A stretch of 64,000 nucleotides of DNA from Candidatus Micrarchaeota archaeon (lineage in GTDB: Archaea > Micrarchaeota > Micrarchaeia > Anstonellales > Bilamarchaeaceae), in NCBI GenBank assembly GCA_964588555.1, contig CAZPPT010000006.1:12092-76091 (forward strand), given 5' to 3'. The translations under genes were made by a program, and so were the position numbers. Each line of letters starts with the position of its first letter. Position 1 is the stretch's first letter. Under the pieces are notes generated by a model. The model did not search any database and was not told the origin of the DNA. It worked only from the letters and a program-made list of their open reading frames with translations. Of this stretch, positions 37,571 through 47,218 are shown one piece after another.

Positions 37571-38965
37571 ATGGTTCGTCAAGTTCAGTCCCCTAGTGTT
37601 CGACAGGTCGTCAATCCAAAAATACAGGGAACGTTGCAATCACCTTTTGAAAGAGATCCCCTTATTGGCAAAGTCGTTTGTGGGCAGTTTGCCCTTGAAA
37701 AGAAGGTCTCAGGAGGTGGGATGGCAAATGTCTATGTTGCGCGCAACCGTACCTTGGGCACTCATCTTGCAGTTAAGGTTTTGAGGGAAGACTTGCCTGA
37801 TGCGTATGCACCTGATCGACTTAAGCTCGAGGCTGCGGTAATGGCAACAATACACCATCCCAACGTCGTACGGATTTTTGACCACGGGGAAGTGGAAGGT
37901 TTACCCTACATCGCCATGGAATATCTGTACGGAGGTTCGCTTGCAGACATGAGGCAGGATCGAATAACTGCACAAAATTCTGGCCCTTACTTATCATTAA
38001 GCGAGTCTATTGAAATTATCTTGCAAATATGCCAGGCTATAATACCACTCCATAGGCTTGGCCTTATCCATCGTGATTTGAAACCTGCAAATATTCTCCT
38101 TGATATAAGCCCAGGCGTGGAAAAACCGATAATAAAGGTATGTGATTTTGGACTTGTTGCACGCCATGATATGTATGAAGTATCGGCTGCACTTTTACCC
38201 TTGGTCACTTCAGTTGGTGACCTTACCCCCCCAGGTGCAAGCGCCGGTACCCCTTCTGCCATGGCACCCGAACAATTTATGGGAACACATTCATTTACTA
38301 CTGACGTTTATGCCGTATGCGCCATGCTTTATGAATTCGTATCTGGAAAGCGGCCGTACGGTAACCCCGCCCCCGATACTACTGTCACGGAATGGTATGC
38401 GCTTAAAAACAAGCCCGTGCGGCCACTACGTGAAGCAAACCCTGAAGTTACGGTGCACCCTCTTCTTGAATCAATTGTCATGCGTGGCCTTGCTATTGAG
38501 CCTGCAGACCGCTTTCAGACAATTTCAGAATTGCACGATGCGCTTCTTGGGGTTCAATCAGCCATACGCAGCCCGGCTCACTCACCCTCGATTCAGGTCC
38601 CTGCTTCCGCACCATCCCTTCAACTGCGAAGTTCACTGTGGCAGTATACACGGTATGTTGCGATCGGGGCGCTTCTTTCAGCTGGGGCAGCATTTCTTTC
38701 ATTTTCACAGGGCACTCAGTCGATTCCGGTTACGCCGACTCCTGCGCCTGTGGCGACATCGTCGGTCATGATCGACTGCAATCCTATCGGCGCACAAGTC
38801 TTTGATGAAACAGGCATGCTTCTTGGCACCACGCCTTTGGAGATTAATCCAACCCTTTTAAAATCGTCTTTTATAACTATTAAAGCAGCTGGGCATACCA
38901 AAAAGTCAATTGTTATCTCCAAACAATCTAATGGCTTTATATATGTTGATCTATCTAAAGAATAA
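37571..38965 (+). CDS. Hanks-type Ser/Thr protein kinase with TM segment and C-terminal PEGA domain
   Basis: GGGMANVYVAR...AVKVL (subdomains I/II), HRDLKPANILL (VIb), DFGL (VII), then a TM helix and a PEGA-like VMIDCNPIGAQVFDETGMLLGTTPLE. Confidence 0.8.
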   Translation: MVRQVQSPSVRQVVNPKIQGTLQSPFERDPLIGKVVCGQFALEKKVSGGGMANVYVARNRTLGTHLAVKVLREDLPDAYAPDRLKLEAAVMATIHHPNVVRIFDHGEVEGLPYIAMEYLYGGSLADMRQDRITAQNSGPYLSLSESIEIILQICQAIIPLHRLGLIHRDLKPANILLDISPGVEKPIIKVCDFGLVARHDMYEVSAALLPLVTSVGDLTPPGASAGTPSAMAPEQFMGTHSFTTDVYAVCAMLYEFVSGKRPYGNPAPDTTVTEWYALKNKPVRPLREANPEVTVHPLLESIVMRGLAIEPADRFQTISELHDALLGVQSAIRSPAHSPSIQVPASAPSLQLRSSLWQYTRYVAIGALLSAGAAFLSFSQGTQSIPVTPTPAPVATSSVMIDCNPIGAQVFDETGMLLGTTPLEINPTLLKSSFITIKAAGHTKKSIVISKQSNGFIYVDLSKE

Positions 38966-39019
38966 GTATTTAATTGTGCTATACTACTATTTTAAATATT
39001 TTTCCTGTATATTTGTACC

Positions 39020-40396
39020 ATGCAAATTCAGACTGAGGCTTTTTGTCGAAATACTACGCGACTCCGCTCGCCACGGGTACGCAACCCATTTAGCGGCGTT
39101 TCGCCAGCACCGGATACAAGCCTTATTGGTCAGCGCATAGAATACTTTCGTATTGTTGAACTGGTTGCCGAAGGGGGTATGGGTGCAGTTTACCGTGCAC
39201 AGCACATAAAACTTGGCTACGACGTCGCAATAAAAGTCCTTCACGCATCTCTTGTAACTGACCCGGTGATGATACGGCGTTTTCGGCGTGAGGCAGAACT
39301 ATTAAGTAGCATGAACGACCCCCATATCGTACGGGTTCGTGAATATGGATTTTACCATGATCTTCCTTATATTATTATGGATTATCTTGCAGGGCAAACT
39401 CTCGATGAAGTACTACGTGCCCAGACTCATATACATTCGGATCGTGCCGTATCAATTTTGCTTCAGATATGTGCTGCCATCGCGCCGCTTCATGCACGCG
39501 GCATCATTCACCGTGACCTTAAACCATCCAATATCATACTCCAAAACGGTGACGCAGTGAAACTTTTTGATCTTGGCGTAGCGCGAGAGATCACTGCATC
39601 AGAACCGCCCATGCCATCGGTAGCATGTTTTGTAACCGGCATGACCCCTCACGGCAATATCATTGGTACGCCTTCCTATATGCCGCCCGAACAATTCAAG
39701 GGATTATATAATTTCGAAAACGACATTTATTCGTGGGGGGTAATTGCATATCAAATGCTCGCTGGCGTTCTACCGTACGTATGCGACCGGATCGACATAT
39801 ACTCAGTTGCAAAGCAGGTCCCACCAGTACGCCTTCGTGAGCGTGTGCCGAGCGTCCCTCCCGTGCTTGAATCAATCGTCATGCGCGCCCTTGACCCCGA
39901 CCCAACACGTAGGTTTCAAACTGCAGGCGAGCTTTATGCCTGCCTTGCTGAATTTCAGTCAGGAAATGCTGCAGCACGTTCTGCCTTTCTAGACACTGCC
40001 AAGCAGGCTATGCATACACTACGCGTTAAGCACCCAGCTATCGGCAGCTTTGTTTCCATTTCACTTATCTCGGCAGCTGCAACTGTTGCGGCTTTGTTTT
40101 CCTTACCTAGCAACATCGTATCCAACTCTGCAACGTATCAGCCATTACCTGTCCAGGCATCAACTTATCCTACAGTTATGGTCGACTGCAATCCTATTGG
40201 CGCACAAGTCTTTGATGAAACAGGCACGCTTCTTGGCACCACGCCTTTGGAGATCTCATTTGGTCCTGATATGAATTTGCGCGACGTGACAATCAGGGCA
40301 GATGGCTATAAAGAGCGCCAGGTTACCCTCTCCACTGAAGGGCAGGTTGTTTCGGTTGTGCTTGAGCGGCCGTTGGTGCTTCTTGCAGGTGAATAA
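39020..40396 (+). CDS. Hanks-type Ser/Thr protein kinase, tandem paralogue, with PEGA domain
   Basis: GGMGAVYRAQH...AIKVL, HRDLKPSNIIL, DLGV, and C-terminal VMVDCNPIGAQVFDETGTLLGTTPLE. Confidence 0.8.
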   Translation: MQIQTEAFCRNTTRLRSPRVRNPFSGVSPAPDTSLIGQRIEYFRIVELVAEGGMGAVYRAQHIKLGYDVAIKVLHASLVTDPVMIRRFRREAELLSSMNDPHIVRVREYGFYHDLPYIIMDYLAGQTLDEVLRAQTHIHSDRAVSILLQICAAIAPLHARGIIHRDLKPSNIILQNGDAVKLFDLGVAREITASEPPMPSVACFVTGMTPHGNIIGTPSYMPPEQFKGLYNFENDIYSWGVIAYQMLAGVLPYVCDRIDIYSVAKQVPPVRLRERVPSVPPVLESIVMRALDPDPTRRFQTAGELYACLAEFQSGNAAARSAFLDTAKQAMHTLRVKHPAIGSFVSISLISAAATVAALFSLPSNIVSNSATYQPLPVQASTYPTVMVDCNPIGAQVFDETGTLLGTTPLEISFGPDMNLRDVTIRADGYKERQVTLSTEGQVVSVVLERPLVLLAGE

Positions 40397-41716
40397 TTAC
40401 ATCCGTAGTCCAGGTATCTTGCCGCCCTTCATCATCTTTTCTAATTGAGCACGAAATCCGCGGTTGTTTTTATACATCTTTATCATTTTTTCCATTTTTT
40501 CAAACTGTGATAAAAATTCGCGTACCTCGTTTTCAGTTGTACCGCTTCCCTTCGCAATACGTGCTATACGTGTAGCGTTCTTTCGTATGATCGACGCATC
40601 CTTTCGCTCGCCGGGGGTCATGGAATTGATCATGGACTCAAATTTTTTCATCTTTTCTTCCCCTTGGTGAACCATCTCCTTTGGAACATCGGCTGCACCC
40701 AGCATGCCAAGTACGTTACCCAACGGGCCTAATTTCTTTGCCTGCTTAAGCTGGTCATAAAATGTTTGTACTGTAAACTCTTCCTGCTCCAGTCGCTTTG
40801 CATCTTCTTCTGTAATAATCGTCTTAACCTTTTCCATAAGCCCCGCAATATCAGGGACACCAAGTAACCTTCCAACGTATTTGTCCGCATGGTAAATCTC
40901 AAGGTCTTCAACTTTTTCGCCAACTCCGATGAATGCCGTTTTTGCATTTGTCGAAGCTACTGCACTAAGCGCCCCCCCTCCCTTGCCCGACCCGTCCATC
41001 TTGGTAATAATGACCCCGCTTATCCCGATTGCATTATTGAATTCCTGTGCCTGCTTTCCTGCCACCTGGCCGATATCCGCGCTTACGACAAGGAATGTTT
41101 CGTCTGGCTTAAGCACGTTATTTATTTCCTTTAATTCAGTTATGAGTGTCCCGTCAAACGCGCTTCGTCCAGCCGAATCGACAATAACGATGTCCTCGCG
41201 TGCATTCCTGAGTGCCTCATTTACAATTCGTGCTGCATTTTTCTCGCCCTTGATCGTAAAGAAATTTGCATTTACCTTTTTTGCAAGCTGTTCGAGTTGC
41301 TCCTGTGCCGCAGGCCGGTCGACATCCGCCCCGACAACAAGCACACTTAATCCCCGTGACTTGTAAAAGTGGGCAATTTTCCCCACACTGGTAGTTTTTC
41401 CACTTCCAAACAATCCGCATAACAAAATGTTGTGCTTACCGAGCCGCGGCTCATATCCTGTACCCATGAGTGCCACAAGCTCTTCGTATACTACCTTGAG
41501 CACGTGTTCCTTAAGGCTTAATGCCTCAAGCTTTTTTGTTTTAAGTGAGCGCTCTTCGATCCGTTTTGAGATTTCAAACACTAGCTTGACGTTGACATCG
41601 TTTGCAATAAGTACCCGTTGTAAATCCTTTATGAGCGCCTTTACCGCATCCTCATCGACATACGGTTTACCGGTAAGCTTTGAGAGCGCTTCGCGTAGTT
41701 TCTTGCCTAAATCCAT
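40397..41716 (-). CDS. srp54: Signal recognition particle protein SRP54
   Basis: N domain, G domain (GLFGSGKTTSVGK, DxAGR) and a Met-rich M domain at the C-terminus. Confidence 0.9.
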   Translation of the reverse strand: MDLGKKLREALSKLTGKPYVDEDAVKALIKDLQRVLIANDVNVKLVFEISKRIEERSLKTKKLEALSLKEHVLKVVYEELVALMGTGYEPRLGKHNILLCGLFGSGKTTSVGKIAHFYKSRGLSVLVVGADVDRPAAQEQLEQLAKKVNANFFTIKGEKNAARIVNEALRNAREDIVIVDSAGRSAFDGTLITELKEINNVLKPDETFLVVSADIGQVAGKQAQEFNNAIGISGVIITKMDGSGKGGGALSAVASTNAKTAFIGVGEKVEDLEIYHADKYVGRLLGVPDIAGLMEKVKTIITEEDAKRLEQEEFTVQTFYDQLKQAKKLGPLGNVLGMLGAADVPKEMVHQGEEKMKKFESMINSMTPGERKDASIIRKNATRIARIAKGSGTTENEVREFLSQFEKMEKMIKMYKNNRGFRAQLEKMMKGGKIPGLRM

Positions 41717-41760
41717 GCCAATCTAATGTATGGAAATTGTTAAATAGGGATATAAAAAAA

Positions 41761-42031
41761 TGGACCTGGAGGGACAAACGCCGCACAATTAGCGAACCCG
41801 TTTTGGGCCGCCTTTTTTGAAAAGGCGGACTCGCACCCTCGGCCCCCTGAATTTGCGGTTTTCAGTTTCGCGTTCTTGGTTCTGAAAACGTGCGAATCAG
41901 GTGCTCTGCTGTTGCTCTGCGCAGTTAGCGACCCACTCTTGGGCCGCAATTGTTTTCGGATGAAAACAATGCGCATTGTCGGACACGACAATCGCGCCTT
42001 TTGGTAAAATGCGGAACTGAGCTACAGGCCC
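41761..42031 (-). tRNA. tRNA-Ala(CGC) with three introns (D-loop, 37/38, T-loop); G3:U70 present
   Basis: Minus-strand exons: GGGCCTGTAGCTCAGT ... GAGC A CCTGA TTCGCA [intron] TCAGG GGGCC GAGGG TGCGAGT [intron] CCCTC CAGGTCC A, then T7. The acceptor GGGCCTG/CAGGTCC gives the G3:U70 Ala identity pair. The exact D-loop splice is unresolved. Confidence 0.6.
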
Positions 42032-42100
42032 ATAAACATAGATATTGGCAACAAAAACCTATTTAAACACCTCTCTACAAGAAATTATTCTCTTATTTTT

Positions 42101-42221
42101 GCGACTGTAGTCTAGCAAACTTTTTGGAAAAGTTTGATCAAAACACTTCCTTCAAGTTTGGGCGTTGGTAGGATTCGAGATTGCCAATCTCGTGACCCGG
42201 GTTCGAACCCCGGCGGTCGCA
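42101..42221 (+). tRNA. tRNA-Gly(GCC) with a ~48-nt D-loop intron
   Basis: GCGACTG TA GTCT AGC[intron 42117-42164]TTGGTA GGAT T CGAGA TTGCCAA TCTCG TGAC CCGGG TTCGAAC CCCGG CGGTCGC A. Confidence 0.75.
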
Positions 42222-42274
42222 TTTTACTATTTTAAATATTTACGCGGGTATAACGTTTAATTTTAAAACCTACT

Positions 42275-43384
42275 TTGCCAACGTATTCTATGGTCAAACA
42301 CTCACTTGCCACAATCGGCTCACATTCTGCACTTGATGTTGCTGACGGCGCACATGCTGAAAAAATATACGGCATTGTCGTTGCACAACGCGGCCGTGAA
42401 AAGACCTATTTACAGTATTATAAAAAGCGAAAGCGCGCAGGAAAGGAAATTGGCTGCATTGATGAAGTTGTTTTGGTCAATAAATTTAGCGAGATGGCAA
42501 GCGATCCGGTCATCTCTCTTCTTAAAAAAAGAAATGCGATTTTTGTTCCGAACCGAAGTTTTGCCGTATACGTCGGCTATGATGCAATTGAAAACAAGTT
42601 TGATGTGCCTATTTTTGGAAACAAATATTTGCTTCGGGCTGAAGAACGAAACGCACCAAACAACCAATATGATTTATTGAAAAAAGCGAATGTCCCAACG
42701 CCCCAAAAAATAAGCTCGCCAGATAAGATTGACCGGTTAGTATTGGTTAAGGTAAACGAAGCGAAACGGACGTACGAGCGGGCATTTTTTACTGTGTCAA
42801 GTTACGATGAATACAAAACAAAGAGCGAATCGCTTATGCGTGCGGGAAAGATACATAAAAATGATCTCGAGCGAGCGGTAATTGAGGAGTTTGTCATCGG
42901 CGCACATTTTAACTTCAATTTCTTTTATTCCGGAATTCATGACGAACTTGAGTTGTTAGGAGTTGATACGAGACGCCAGACCAATCTTGACGGTTTCTTA
43001 CGGATGCCTGCAGATATCCAAAGCGATGTTCTCAAATCGCAGCAACCTTCGACGATCGAGGTCGGCCATATCGCGTGCACCATACGCGAGAGCCTCCTTG
43101 AGTCGGTATTTGAACAAGCAGAACGTTTTGTTGCAACAGTGCAAAAGGAATACAAATACGGAATTGTTGGGCCATTTGCGCTTCAGGGGGCGATGGTTGA
43201 GCGGGACGGAAAAGAGGAGTTTACCGTATTTGACGTTTCATTTCGGATGCCCGGGTCGCCAGGAACGAGGTACACGCCCTATTCCCATTACTTGTTTGGA
43301 GAAAACATAAGCTTTGGACGAAGAATTGCAATTGAGCTTAAGGAAGCAGAAAAGAAAAAGATGGTTGCGGAGATTACTACGTAA
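42275..43384 (+). CDS. purP: 5-formaminoimidazole-4-carboxamide ribonucleotide synthetase (archaeal PurP, ATP-grasp)
   Basis: IATIGSHSALDV N-terminal motif and length/pattern of the archaeal PurP (DUF1246/DUF1297) family. Confidence 0.7.
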   Translation: MPTYSMVKHSLATIGSHSALDVADGAHAEKIYGIVVAQRGREKTYLQYYKKRKRAGKEIGCIDEVVLVNKFSEMASDPVISLLKKRNAIFVPNRSFAVYVGYDAIENKFDVPIFGNKYLLRAEERNAPNNQYDLLKKANVPTPQKISSPDKIDRLVLVKVNEAKRTYERAFFTVSSYDEYKTKSESLMRAGKIHKNDLERAVIEEFVIGAHFNFNFFYSGIHDELELLGVDTRRQTNLDGFLRMPADIQSDVLKSQQPSTIEVGHIACTIRESLLESVFEQAERFVATVQKEYKYGIVGPFALQGAMVERDGKEEFTVFDVSFRMPGSPGTRYTPYSHYLFGENISFGRRIAIELKEAEKKKMVAEITT

Positions 43385-43468
43385 TCGTTCTATGTACTCC
43401 CAATAACGTCGCAAATTTTTCAATAGCTTTAAAAATACAAAAGAATATAATGTATTCTAGGTGAGGCT

Positions 43469-43780
43469 ATGGAAAACATGGTTGTAACAACCGTCAGACT
43501 ACAAAAAAACCTTCTCAAAGAAGCAGATAAATTGGCAGAAAAAGAACTGAGTGACAGAACCACTATTTTACGTCAGGCAATCGCAAAGGGATTACAAGCA
43601 CTAAAACTTGAATACGCACTTACGCTCTATCAGCAAAAAAAAGTAAGCATCGGAAAGGCACGTGAAATTGCAGATATAACTTTTTGGGAATTCATGGATG
43701 TTCTTAAGGAGCGCAATATAGGCTTTATTACTGATGAGGAAGATCTTGAGCGGCAACTACGAGAATTAAAGAGGAGATAA
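43469..43780 (+). CDS. UPF0175-family antitoxin-like protein
   Basis: Small helical protein (LTLYQQKKVSIGKAREIADITFWEFMDVLKERNI) typical of UPF0175 partners of PIN-like proteins. Confidence 0.55.
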   Translation: MENMVVTTVRLQKNLLKEADKLAEKELSDRTTILRQAIAKGLQALKLEYALTLYQQKKVSIGKAREIADITFWEFMDVLKERNIGFITDEEDLERQLRELKRR

Positions 43781-43781
43781 G

Positions 43782-44279
43782 ATGAATGTAGTTGTCAATG
43801 CTTCTCCTCTAATTTTTTTAGCAAAACTTAATAAAATTGAATTACTTAAAATGCTCTTTGCCCAAACATTTACAACAGACGATGTCTTGGAAGAGGTATA
43901 TGGAGGGCTACAAAAAGGCTATCAAGACGCTATTCAGATAAAAGAAGCAGTTCAAAATAATGACCTCCGAATTCTTAAAATTAAGCAAAAACTTGCATTT
44001 GATGTCGTGCTTGGACGAGGCGAACAGTCTGTATTAGAAGCTGCATTATCATACACAATTCCCACGGTGCTTTTAGATGATTTAGACGCAATAAAAATAG
44101 CGCGTTATCTTAAACTGGAAGTTATAAGTACGCCATTTATTTTACTTCGTGCACTTCAAGATAAAAAATTACAACCTGATGATTTTGTAGATCTTTTTGA
44201 ACGTCTTGTAGAGAAATATAATTATCGTATCTCACCGGTTCTTTATAAGAAAATACTTGATTCTGCCAAGAAGATCTAA
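43782..44279 (+). CDS. PIN-like nuclease domain protein (DUF3368-type), toxin partner
   Basis: Starts 2 nt after the UPF0175 gene. N-terminal VVNASPLIFLAKL PIN-like strand with acidic residues downstream. Confidence 0.55.
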   Translation: MNVVVNASPLIFLAKLNKIELLKMLFAQTFTTDDVLEEVYGGLQKGYQDAIQIKEAVQNNDLRILKIKQKLAFDVVLGRGEQSVLEAALSYTIPTVLLDDLDAIKIARYLKLEVISTPFILLRALQDKKLQPDDFVDLFERLVEKYNYRISPVLYKKILDSAKKI

Positions 44280-44338
44280 TTTGGGAGGAGGTAACTTCCA
44301 TCGGGAATCTTTTTAAGGTATGTCTACGGTATCTCCCC

Positions 44339-45238
44339 ATGGCAAAGGAACTCACGCGCATCCCGCTTCACCTTTTCTCATTTAAGAAAATTGAGGGGTT
44401 CAAACGTCTTAGTTCGATAGGAAAGGCGCTTCGCGTGTTTCGAAAAAATATCGATGACGATTTGGCCGGCCTTGATGTTCGGGTAAATGGGGACCTTTAT
44501 CTTGTCGCCTCGTTTTTCTCCGCATTTTTCTACGGAATTTTCATGGGTGCAACTGTATTTCTTATCACTTACCTCATTCCATCGCAGCGTGCACTCTCCC
44601 AAACATTTGGGATCGGGATCGGCTTTCTATTGTTTTTCATGATGTTTATGCTTCATGTCATGCACCCATCTATAATCAGGAAAAAGATTGCAGGAAGGCA
44701 AAGTAAGGACTTGCTCTTTGCGCTTCGTGAGATTATTATGAACGTTGAAAGCGGCGTGCCCCTTTTTGACTCGATGAAAAATGTGTCTGTTGCAAACTAC
44801 GGGTATGTCTCGGAGGACTTTGCGATGGTGGTGCGCAAGATCGAGTCAGGCGTCTTTGAGCGTGACGCAATACGCGACTTGGCAATCCAGAGCCAAAACG
44901 AGTACCTCCGCCGTGCGGCATGGCAGATCGTGAACGCGCTTGAGACCGGTTCAAAGGTCGGAAATGCGCTTGTCAGCATCACAAGCGTGCTTGAAAAGCA
45001 GATCAACCGCGAGATCAAGAACTATTCGGCAAGCCTTAACTTCATCATGCTCATATATATCCTTGTCGCAGCCGCGATCCCGTCGCTGGGGGTCACATTT
45101 TTAGTCCTCCTTTCCTCATTTAGCGGCGCAGGGATCAACTCGACAACCGTCTTTATGATACTTGGCATGTCTTTTTTTGTGCAATTTATCATGCTCGGGT
45201 ACTCCAACGCAACGCGTCCAGCAATATTTGGTGGGTAA
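44339..45238 (+). CDS. TadB/FlaJ-like type IV pilus/archaellum assembly membrane protein (T2SS-F family), N-terminal half gene
   Basis: T2SSF-like cytoplasmic domain (VNALETGSKVGNALVSITSVLEKQ) flanked by TM helices. Confidence 0.6.
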   Translation: MAKELTRIPLHLFSFKKIEGFKRLSSIGKALRVFRKNIDDDLAGLDVRVNGDLYLVASFFSAFFYGIFMGATVFLITYLIPSQRALSQTFGIGIGFLLFFMMFMLHVMHPSIIRKKIAGRQSKDLLFALREIIMNVESGVPLFDSMKNVSVANYGYVSEDFAMVVRKIESGVFERDAIRDLAIQSQNEYLRRAAWQIVNALETGSKVGNALVSITSVLEKQINREIKNYSASLNFIMLIYILVAAAIPSLGVTFLVLLSSFSGAGINSTTVFMILGMSFFVQFIMLGYSNATRPAIFGG

Positions 45239-46228
45239 ATGGCACTTGAGAAACTCTACAAAAGCATTGGGACCAAGATGCCAAAATCAGTCCATAACTG
45301 GCTTGCACAGAAATTGCGCTTTGCAGGGACAGACGTTTCGACTGAGCACTGGTTTGGGAGCCGCTTTGCCATAATTTTTCTTTTTAGCCTTCTTGGGGCG
45401 CTTGGGTACCTGGTATACAGCAAGAAAGCATATCTTGTTGCCACGGGCGTTTTTCTCGTACTTATGGCCCTTCTTTCGCTTTTGGTATATGTGAACCTCT
45501 TCTTTGCAATTACGTCTCGTACTAAAAAGGTGGAGGAGGTACTTCCTGACTTTCTTATGCTTGTGGTATCAAACCTCCATGCAGGGATGGTGCCGTTTAT
45601 CGCATTTGTACAGGCAGCCCGCCCTGAATTCGGGCCGCTTTATGATGAGATCAAGGGCGCTGCAGCCCGCGTGGGCGGAAAGCGGAGCCTTGATGCGGCG
45701 CTTCTTGACCTGAGCACCCGCTTTGATTCTGAACTTTTCAAAAAATCAGTCAACCTTTTCCTCAAAGGGATCAAGTCAGGCGGCCAGCTTGCAAAGCTCC
45801 TTTCAGAAAACGCAGAAGAGATCAGGCGCATCCAGGACCTTCGTGCCGAACTCATCACGACTACGCAGACCTATACGATCTTCCTTGCATTTATCGTCGT
45901 CATCGTCATGCCGTTTTTACTTGGGGTGAGCGTTAATTTCCTTAACACGTTTACCGAGATCCGCTCGCAGGTTGACCGGCCGGACGCCTCCGCAAGCCAG
46001 GCAGTTGCCATTTTTTCAGGGGAATTCGGCATTACGCCTGAGGAGATGAAAAGTATCGGGTTTGTAACGCTTGTCATCACGTGCCTTATCGCATCAATGT
46101 TCATGGGCGTTGTGAGCTCGGGGAAGATGCTCTACGGGCTTAAATACTACCCCATCCTCCTTATCGGCTCGCTTATCTTCTTTGTGCTTACGCAGGAAGT
46201 GCTTAGGAGCCTGATCAGTATAGGGTGA
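45239..46228 (+). CDS. TadC/FlaJ-like assembly membrane protein, second half gene
   Basis: Second T2SSF-like repeat (FKKSVNLFLKGIKSGGQLAKLLSENAEEIRR) with TM helices. Start is adjacent to the previous stop. Confidence 0.6.
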   Translation: MALEKLYKSIGTKMPKSVHNWLAQKLRFAGTDVSTEHWFGSRFAIIFLFSLLGALGYLVYSKKAYLVATGVFLVLMALLSLLVYVNLFFAITSRTKKVEEVLPDFLMLVVSNLHAGMVPFIAFVQAARPEFGPLYDEIKGAAARVGGKRSLDAALLDLSTRFDSELFKKSVNLFLKGIKSGGQLAKLLSENAEEIRRIQDLRAELITTTQTYTIFLAFIVVIVMPFLLGVSVNFLNTFTEIRSQVDRPDASASQAVAIFSGEFGITPEEMKSIGFVTLVITCLIASMFMGVVSSGKMLYGLKYYPILLIGSLIFFVLTQEVLRSLISIG

Positions 46229-46268
46229 TTAGAAATTGTTTGAAGTAAGGCCAGCTTTATTTTTCCTT

Positions 46269-47158
46269 TCAGCGTTTCAGCCTGCCTTTATTTAATTTAT
46301 TATGGAGTTTTAGTCGTTCAAACGGGCTTTTCAATTTTGTATCTCCTGTCCCCCGTAACCCGCGCGCTTCAGCATGTCTATCTGGATCAACTGCGTCACT
46401 AGCAGCTTCCAAAGTGCGCGATGCAGCACGCCGTAAACGTGTCCCTAATCCGTCCCGTAGTACATCTTCATGCGTTGCATCCCAACTGCTTTGGTACCCC
46501 TGCGTGTCCCGTTGGGTATAGCCACCTAGCCCCAGGCTTTCACGATAATTAAAATACCCGGACCAATTGATATTAGAAGCTCCGGTTGATCCAGAGCCAC
46601 CCCTCGTTGTATATGGTGGCACATCACCTGTGAATGCATGTACGGCCCAGCGTATTCTGGTACTGAGACTTACCTTTGGGGCTATTTGAACATGTCCATG
46701 CCTGATACGGCTAAATAGATCCCATTCACCACCCGTGGTGCTTGCAGGTTGAGAAGTTGCGCCATCTGCGGTAGTTGCCCTGCAACCGGTTCGGGGTTTA
46801 CCTTTGGCTCTTCTACGATCATATGAGTGCATTTTCCACTGTCTTCGTTTCGTTCCATTTTTACAAAAATTATCTTTTTTTCTTTTTTATCCACTTCAGG
46901 CGTTATCCCTGATTTTGGTTCAAAAATTACGGTGAATGTTGCATATTTGGGAGGGGCTACTAATTTTGAATAATGGTCATCTGCCCCTTTTGGTTCGTAC
47001 TTTGCAATCGTTGCATAGACGCCCCCTGCAGTACTTACAGCATGTTCAAAATTACTTGCAAATTCCCTTGGCGGTCCCACTACTGTTACTTCATGGATTG
47101 CACCTGCATAACTTGCCTTGCCAATATAAATCTCATGCTTTTTTTCCATGGCATACAT
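46269..47158 (-). pseudogene. Hypothetical gene with apparent internal frameshift (two overlapping ORFs 46682-47158 and 46269-46832)
   Basis: The N-terminal ORF has good composition. It continues in the -1/+1 frame as a Gly/Ser/Thr/Arg-rich C-terminal region. Could be an authentic frameshift, a sequencing error or a pseudogene. Confidence 0.3.
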
Positions 47159-47218
47159 ATAATTGGTTATGTTTAAAACAATTTATAAATGTTGTTTTTT
47201 TAGTTAAAAAATGTATGA

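Noticed and set aside
41740-41991. 83-aa minus-strand ORF
   Set aside because: It overlaps tRNA-Ala and its introns and is low-complexity. Spurious.
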